Origin: an uncultured bacterium
Lineage (GTDB): Bacteria > Desulfobacterota > Deferrimicrobia > Deferrimicrobiales > Deferrimicrobiaceae
NCBI GenBank assembly: GCA_964612075.1
Contig: CAZTFC010000002.1
Location: 23,576 to 87,575 of the forward strand
Length of the DNA stretch: 64,000 nucleotides
Direction of reading: 5' to 3'
Shown here one piece after another: positions 58,956-64,000 of the stretch (positions are counted from its first letter, which is position 1; each line of letters starts with the position of its first letter). A program made the position numbers and the translations under genes. Below the pieces are notes generated by a model. That model had not been told where the DNA came from, searched no databases, and saw only the letters and a list, made by a program, of their open reading frames with translations.

Positions 58956-59531
58956 ATGGAAATCGTGCGGGTCGTCCTTGCATGGGCCGCCTTCGCGGCG
59001 TTCCACAGCCTGACCGTCTCGGAGGGGTACGAGCGTCTGGCGCGGCGGGCCATGGGGGAGCGGCGGTTCGAAGCGTACCACCGCCTCCTGTTCACGGCGT
59101 ACTCGTGCCTGGCGACCGCCGCGACGCTGCTCTACGTCCACTCCCTTCCCGACGCGCCGCTGTACCGGGTCGAGGGGTGGCTGCGGTTCGCGCTTCATGC
59201 CGTGCAGGCCTCGGGCGCGGTGCTCCTGTTCCGGACTCCCTGGAACCTCCGGGAGTTCATCGGCCTTCGACCGCCGCGGAGGCGGCTCCATACGGAGATG
59301 GCGTACGCCATCGTCCGCCATCCACTCTACCTCGGCTTCTCCGTCCTCCTGGCGTTCCAGCCCGTCCAGACGCGCAACTCCTTCGCCACGACCGCGTCGA
59401 TCGTCGCCTACTTCTATCTCGCCACCTTTCTCGAGGAACGGCGGATGGAGCGGGCGTTCGGTAAGGCGTACGCGGAATACAGGAATCGCGTTCCCCGGTT
59501 CCTTCCCTTCCCTCGGCCGCGGCATCGATAA
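58956..59531 (+). CDS. ICMT/PEMT-like membrane methyltransferase family protein
   Basis: 4-5 TM helices; C-terminal RHPLYLG...EE motif typical of isoprenylcysteine carboxyl methyltransferase-like enzymes. Confidence 0.72.
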   Translation: MEIVRVVLAWAAFAAFHSLTVSEGYERLARRAMGERRFEAYHRLLFTAYSCLATAATLLYVHSLPDAPLYRVEGWLRFALHAVQASGAVLLFRTPWNLREFIGLRPPRRRLHTEMAYAIVRHPLYLGFSVLLAFQPVQTRNSFATTASIVAYFYLATFLEERRMERAFGKAYAEYRNRVPRFLPFPRPRHR

Positions 59532-59647
59532 ATCGGAAACGGTTATCAACGCCACGGGGGGGGTAGGTTCGAGAAAACGAGGTCTGAGAGACCTCATTTG
59601 CGCAGGAGGAACCCTCGCGAATCAGGAAACATGACTTCTTGTTAACT

Positions 59648-59837
59648 GGGGGAGGACACTTTTTCCCTTCGCCCGTGTTTAAACCAAGAGTGTCCCTCCC
59701 TGACCCGAAACCGCCTGCCCTGAAATCGGTAGCTTTTCCGTACGAGCTGGGCGGGGAACACTCTTTCCCTCCGCCCGCGTAAAGCCAAGAGTGTCCCCCG
59801 AAACCGCCTGACCTGAAATCGGTAGCTTTTCCGTACG
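59648..59837. repeat. tandem (2 x ~92 bp) REP-like hairpin repeat, family 2
   Basis: Unit = GGACACTCTT...AAGAGTGTCC hairpin plus the conserved tail gaaaccgcctgMcctgaaatcggtagcttttccgtacg, repeated twice. Followed by a short ggtggcttgtgtctt x2 direct repeat. Confidence 0.6.
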
Positions 59838-59997
59838 TACCTTCCGTAGAGAAAATCTCCTTGGTGGCTTGTGTCTTGGTGGCTTGTGTCTTGCTGACCT
59901 GTATCGCGGGGGCCTGGGGGGGGGCTTTAGGGTTGTCGGCCGCAAGGGCCGCTGCCCTCGCACGAGCAACTCATTGCGGCAAGCAGGTCAAGTGGTC

Positions 59998-60135
59998 TCC
60001 CGTGGAGCGGCGGGGGTCTTTCCGGAGCGGCGTCTGTTTCGAACCGTGAGCCAGGGAGGGCGGAGGGAGAAACAGCGCAGGCGACGAGGCCATGGACGGC
60101 CGAGGAGCCGTAGCTCCGAAAGACGCCCCGCCGCG
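59998..60135 (-). repeat. MITE-like palindromic intergenic element, family 1, copy C (reverse orientation)
   Basis: Reverse complement is ~85% identical to copy B over ~138 bp, including the TIRs. Confidence 0.6.
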
Positions 60136-60202
60136 GAACAGGAGACCATTTGCCGCGCATGATGCACGGGATTGCTCGTGCGAGGGATGCGGCCCTGGCG
60201 GG

Positions 60203-61678
60203 CTACATGAGCAGCGACATCACCGACCACTCGGCGAACGCCAGGAAGAACCCCGGCGTCACGCCCAGCACGAGGACGGAGGCGGCCGTGAGGAACAGGG
60301 CGACGGAGAACGAGGTCCGGAAGGAACGGGGAGCGGGGAGATCCGTGGGCGCCTGCGTCATGTACATGTGGACGACGGGGCGCAGGTAGTAGTAGACGGA
60401 CACGGCGCTGTTCAGCACGCCGAGGACGGCGAGCGGGACGTGGCCGCCCTTCACGGCCGCGCCGAACAGGTAGAACTTCCCGACGAACCCCGACGTGGGC
60501 GGGATGCCGGCGAGCGAGACGAGAAACAGGGAAAGGAGGGCACCGAGGAGGGGGTGGCGGAACCCGAGCCCCGCCAGGTTGCGGATGTCGTACCCGTCGT
60601 CCTCCCGCGGGGCTGCGAGCATGAGCACGCCGAACGCCCCCAGGTTCATGAAAGCGTACACCGGGAGGTAGAAGAGCGCCGCCTGCGCCCCCGCGACGTT
60701 CCCCGCCGTCAGCCCGACGAGGATGTACCCCGCGTGGGCGATCGAGGACCAGGCGAGCATGCGCTTCATGTTGTCCTGGAACAGCGCGGACAGGTTGCCC
60801 ACGGTCATGGTCAGGACCGACAGGACCCAGAGGATGTCCGGCATCCACGACTGGAGGGGAGGGAAGACGAGCAGCGCCAGGCGGACGAGCGCCGCGAAGC
60901 CGGCCGCCTTGACGGCGGCGCCCATGAAGGCGGTCACGATCGTGGGGGCCCCCTCGTACGCGTCGGGCGTCCACATGTGGAACGGGACCAGGGAGACCTT
61001 GAACCCGAAGCCGACCAGGAGGAGCCCGATCCCGGCGAGGAAGACCGGGTTCCCGGAAAGCGGTAGGTCCGCCGCCATCGCGGCGATCGCGGCGATCTTC
61101 GTGGTCCCCGTCGTGGCGTAGACCAGCGCCATTCCGTAGAGGAGGAAGGCGGAGGCGAAGGCGCCGAGCAGGAAATACTTCAGCGCCCCTTCCAGGGACG
61201 TCATCCGGCCGCGGTGGAACCCGACCAGGCAGTAGACGGGGATCGACATCGTCTCCAGCCCGAGGAAGACGGTCACCAGGTCCGTGCCCTTCGCCAGCAG
61301 GAGCATCCCGGCGACGGACAGCAGCAGCAGGGCGTAGAACTCCCCTTTCCGCGTCCCTTCCCACTCGGAGTACCCGATGGACATCAGGAGCGTCACCAGC
61401 GCGGCGGCGAGGACGGTCAGGGAGGAGAAGATCCCCAGCCCGTCGTGCGCGATCGTCCCGGAGAAGCCCTCGATCCCGACGGGGCCCAGCCACAGGACGG
61501 CGACCGCCGCCGCGGCGGCGCCGGTCAGGGCGATGTCGCACAGGAGCTTCTTTTTCCCCTCCGCCAGGAACAGGTCCGCCATCAGGACCGCGACGGCCGC
61601 CGCGATCAGGAGGATCTCCGGGAGGACGCAGAAAAGCCCCCGGACCACCGACTGGACGTCGACGTCGATAGGGATCAT
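60203..61678 (-). CDS. nuoN: NADH-quinone oxidoreductase subunit N
   Basis: 14-TM antiporter-like subunit; NuoN motifs; start at MIPIDVDVQS. Confidence 0.92.
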   Translation of the reverse strand: MIPIDVDVQSVVRGLFCVLPEILLIAAAVAVLMADLFLAEGKKKLLCDIALTGAAAAAVAVLWLGPVGIEGFSGTIAHDGLGIFSSLTVLAAALVTLLMSIGYSEWEGTRKGEFYALLLLSVAGMLLLAKGTDLVTVFLGLETMSIPVYCLVGFHRGRMTSLEGALKYFLLGAFASAFLLYGMALVYATTGTTKIAAIAAMAADLPLSGNPVFLAGIGLLLVGFGFKVSLVPFHMWTPDAYEGAPTIVTAFMGAAVKAAGFAALVRLALLVFPPLQSWMPDILWVLSVLTMTVGNLSALFQDNMKRMLAWSSIAHAGYILVGLTAGNVAGAQAALFYLPVYAFMNLGAFGVLMLAAPREDDGYDIRNLAGLGFRHPLLGALLSLFLVSLAGIPPTSGFVGKFYLFGAAVKGGHVPLAVLGVLNSAVSVYYYLRPVVHMYMTQAPTDLPAPRSFRTSFSVALFLTAASVLVLGVTPGFFLAFAEWSVMSLLM

Positions 61679-61685
61679 CCCTTTC

Positions 61686-63260
61686 TCACTTCCCCGCGCC
61701 GAAATAACGCGTGAACATCGTCTCTCCCGGGGCCGCCGGGGAAAGCGCCGCCTGCTTCGCCGCTTCGTAGCGCGCGACGTACGCACGGACCGTGGCGTCC
61801 ATCCTCCGCAGGAACGGCTGCGGGTACACCCCGATCCAGAAGACGAGCAGGAGGATCGGGAGCAGGCAGGCCAGCTCCCGGCCGTTCATGTCGGGCAGCC
61901 CCCGGTTCTCCTCGTGCGTCACCTCCCCGAACATCACGCGCTGGTACATCCAGAGCATGTACACCGCGGCGAGCACGACCCCCGTTGCCGCGACGGCGGT
62001 CAGCCAGGGGTTGGCCCGGAACGCCCCCAGCAGGATGAGGAACTCGCCCACGAACCCGTTGGTGCCGGGCAGGGCGACGGAGGACAGGGCGACGACCATG
62101 AAGCAGACCGAAAACACCGGGACGACCCGGGCCAGACCCCCGAAATCCGAGATCAGGCGGGTATGCCTGCGCTCGTAGAGGATCCCGACGATGAGGAACA
62201 GCGCCCCGGTGGAGACGCCGTGGTTGACCATCTGGAGGATCCCGCCCTCGATCCCCTGCAGGTTGAAGGCGAACAGGCCGAGCATGACGAAGCCCAGGTG
62301 CGACACGGAGGAGTAGGCCACCAGCTTCTTGATGTCCTTCTGCACCATGGAAACCAGCGCGCCGTAGACGATCCCGACCACCGCGAGCGACGCGATCAGG
62401 GGGGCGAAGTCGGCCGCGGCGGCGGGGAAGAGCGGCACCGAGAACCGCAGGAACCCGTAGGCCCCCATCTTCAGGAGGATCGCGGCGAGGATCACCGAGC
62501 CCGCCGTCGGCGCCTCGACGTGCGCGTCGGGGAGCCACGTGTGGAACGGGAACATCGGCACCTTGAAGGCGAAGGCGAGGAAGAAGGCGGCGAAGAGCCA
62601 GAACTGCATCTTCAGGGGGATGGCGAGCCCGTACAGCTTCATCAGGTCGGTCGTGTAGAAGCCCGCGGCCTCGAAGTGGTGGAAGTAGAGCGCGAGGATC
62701 GCGACCAGCATCAGGACGGAGCCGACGAACGTGTAGAGGAAGAACTTGATCGCCGCGTAGATCCTCCGCTCCCCTCCCCACACGCCGATGAGGAAGTACA
62801 TGGGGATCAGGACCAGCTCCCAGAACACGTAGAAGAGGAACAGGTCGACGGCGACGAACACCCCCACCATGGCGGTCTCCAGGACCAGCATGAAGACCAT
62901 GAACTCCTTCACGTGCCGCTCCACCGCGGAAAAGGCCGACAGGATCGCGATCGGCGTGATGAACGTGGTGAGCATCAGGAGCCAGAGGGAGATGCCGTCC
63001 ACCCCGACGATGTAGCCGATCCCGTACCGGGGGATCCAGGGCGCGCTCTCGGTGAGCTGCATCGCCGCCGTCCCGGGGTCGAACCGCGCGACCACCAGGA
63101 GGGAGACGAGGAACTCCGCCAGCGCGACGAGGAACGAGGCGTTGCGGATGTCCGCCCGCCGTTCCCTGGGCAGGCAGAGGACGCCCGCCGCGCCGATCGC
63201 CGGGAGGGCGATGAGGACGGAAAGCAGGTGCCGGTCGAGGAGGAAGCTTCCGGTCGTCAT
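61686..63260 (-). CDS. nuoM: NADH-quinone oxidoreductase subunit M
   Basis: Start at MTTGSFLLDRHLL; NuoM motifs (FYVFWELVLIPMYFLIGVWGG, WLPDAHVEAPTAGS). Confidence 0.92.
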   Translation of the reverse strand: MTTGSFLLDRHLLSVLIALPAIGAAGVLCLPRERRADIRNASFLVALAEFLVSLLVVARFDPGTAAMQLTESAPWIPRYGIGYIVGVDGISLWLLMLTTFITPIAILSAFSAVERHVKEFMVFMLVLETAMVGVFVAVDLFLFYVFWELVLIPMYFLIGVWGGERRIYAAIKFFLYTFVGSVLMLVAILALYFHHFEAAGFYTTDLMKLYGLAIPLKMQFWLFAAFFLAFAFKVPMFPFHTWLPDAHVEAPTAGSVILAAILLKMGAYGFLRFSVPLFPAAAADFAPLIASLAVVGIVYGALVSMVQKDIKKLVAYSSVSHLGFVMLGLFAFNLQGIEGGILQMVNHGVSTGALFLIVGILYERRHTRLISDFGGLARVVPVFSVCFMVVALSSVALPGTNGFVGEFLILLGAFRANPWLTAVAATGVVLAAVYMLWMYQRVMFGEVTHEENRGLPDMNGRELACLLPILLLVFWIGVYPQPFLRRMDATVRAYVARYEAAKQAALSPAAPGETMFTRYFGAGK

Positions 63261-64000
63261 CCCGCGCTCCGGTAGATGATGTACCCGACGATGATCACCG
63301 CGCCCAGGAGCAGGGAGAAGGCGTACCCGCCGACGATCCCCGCCTGCATCCGCCGCACCCGGGCGCCGGCGGCCCGGACGAGCTCCGCCGCGCCGTTCAC
63401 GATGCCGTCGATGAAGCGGGCGTCGAACATCTGCCACAGCCACTCGGAGGCGCGGACGGCCGGCCGCACCAGCGCCCTCTCGTAGAACTCGTCCACGTAG
63501 TACTTGTTGCGCACCGCCTCGTAGAGAGCGGGCCAGCGCGCGGCGATCGCCCCCGGGGTCTCCGGCCGGGCCCGGTAGAACCGGTGCGCGAGCCAGATCC
63601 CTCCCAGGGCGATCCCGACGGACAGCGCCATGAGGCCGATCTCGAGCGCCGCGGAATGGTGCCCCCCCTCCACGGCCCCGGGGGGCGACATCCACCGATC
63701 GAGCAGGTTCGGCACGCCGACGGCGTCGCCGAGGACCGCCGGGATGCCGACCCAGCCGCCGGCGACCGAAAGGAGCGCCAGGACGGACAGCGGCAGGGTC
63801 ATCGTCCACGGGGACTCGTGGACGCGCTTCTCCACGTCGGAGTCCATCCTCGACGGCCCGTAGAAGGCCAGGAAGACCAGGCGGAACATGTAGAAGGCCG
63901 TGATGCCGGCCGTCGCCGCCGCGACGGCCCAGAGAGCCGGCCCGTACGCGGGGGCGTTGAACGCCTTCCACAGGATCTCGTCCTTGGAGAAAAAGCCGGA
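63257..64000 (-). CDS. nuoL: NADH-quinone oxidoreductase subunit L (3' part; gene continues beyond the window edge)
   Basis: Open to the window end (...GFFSKDEILWKAF...); C-terminal NuoL long horizontal helix region; ATGA overlap with nuoM. Confidence 0.88.
   Translation of the reverse strand, partial: SGFFSKDEILWKAFNAPAYGPALWAVAAATAGITAFYMFRLVFLAFYGPSRMDSDVEKRVHESPWTMTLPLSVLALLSVAGGWVGIPAVLGDAVGVPNLLDRWMSPPGAVEGGHHSAALEIGLMALSVGIALGGIWLAHRFYRARPETPGAIAARWPALYEAVRNKYYVDEFYERALVRPAVRASEWLWQMFDARFIDGIVNGAAELVRAAGARVRRMQAGIVGGYAFSLLLGAVIIVGYIIYRSAG

Noticed and set aside
59640-60140. Possible CRISPR array in the repeat-rich spacer upstream of nuoN
   Set aside because: The repeats are long, imperfect, hairpin-forming and shared with other loci. 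They are not short, identical, regularly spaced direct repeats with unique spacers, and there are no cas genes in the window.

Overview
This is a 64 kb, high-GC (~68-70%) bacterial chromosomal segment. Third-codon-position GC bias inflates all six frames with Arg/Gly/Pro-rich artefact ORFs. Coding density is high on both strands, with many ATGA/GTGA 4-nt gene junctions. Recognisable content, in order, is as follows:
- 1-4.3 kb: a partial TonB C-terminus, a PAS histidine kinase, a membrane hydrolase and an aspartase/fumarase-family lyase.
- 4.6-6.9 kb: a SulP/STAS anion transporter with a long C-terminal extension.
- 7.1-10.2 kb: a cNOR nitric-oxide reductase (norC-norB) whose NorC carries an extra C-terminal c-type cytochrome domain, followed by a hypothetical gene and a cupin gene.
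- 10.6-17.6 kb: a membrane protein, then an Alternative-Complex-III-like cluster (pentaheme ActA, split ActB1/ActB2, NrfD-like ActC, ActD, monoheme ActE).
- 17.6-22.8 kb: a class-II glutamine amidotransferase, an FmdB zinc ribbon, two metallophosphoesterases, an aminotransferase and a DsbC-like protein.
- 23.0-25.1 kb: two FN3/Big_2-repeat surface lipoproteins behind a low-GC spacer.
- 25.3-31.5 kb: a USP, GGT, PPDK and TerC.
- 31.5-40.2 kb: an SDR epimerase, a TctCBA tripartite tricarboxylate transporter, a four-subunit 2-oxoacid:ferredoxin oxidoreductase (porGDAB) and a GntR/FCD regulator.
- 40.2-44.8 kb: a CDC48-like double-AAA ATPase, a second paralogous USP, tRNA-Pro(CGG), a LUD protein and rpe.
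- 45.1-50.3 kb: rsmB-fmt-def, then a REC-GAF-GGDEF c-di-GMP operon.
- 50.3-53.9 kb: ubiX-ubiA and ubiD, separated by a repeat-laden spacer.
- 54.1-59.5 kb: a TM/HAMP sensor fused to trehalose-6-phosphate synthase, Smr, a membrane HD-GYP, a Zn-ribbon rhomboid and an ICMT-like methyltransferase.
- 60.2-64.0 kb: nuoN-nuoM and partial nuoL.
Several families of palindromic, MITE/REP-like intergenic repeats are present. No CRISPR array, integrase or prophage was found. The most interesting candidates are listed first:
- A possible CxxU selenoprotein or pseudogene immediately after norB.
- The NorC-cytochrome fusion next to an ACIII-like module.
- The sensor-OtsA fusion.
- The cysteine-rich USP paralogs.
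- The repeat families.
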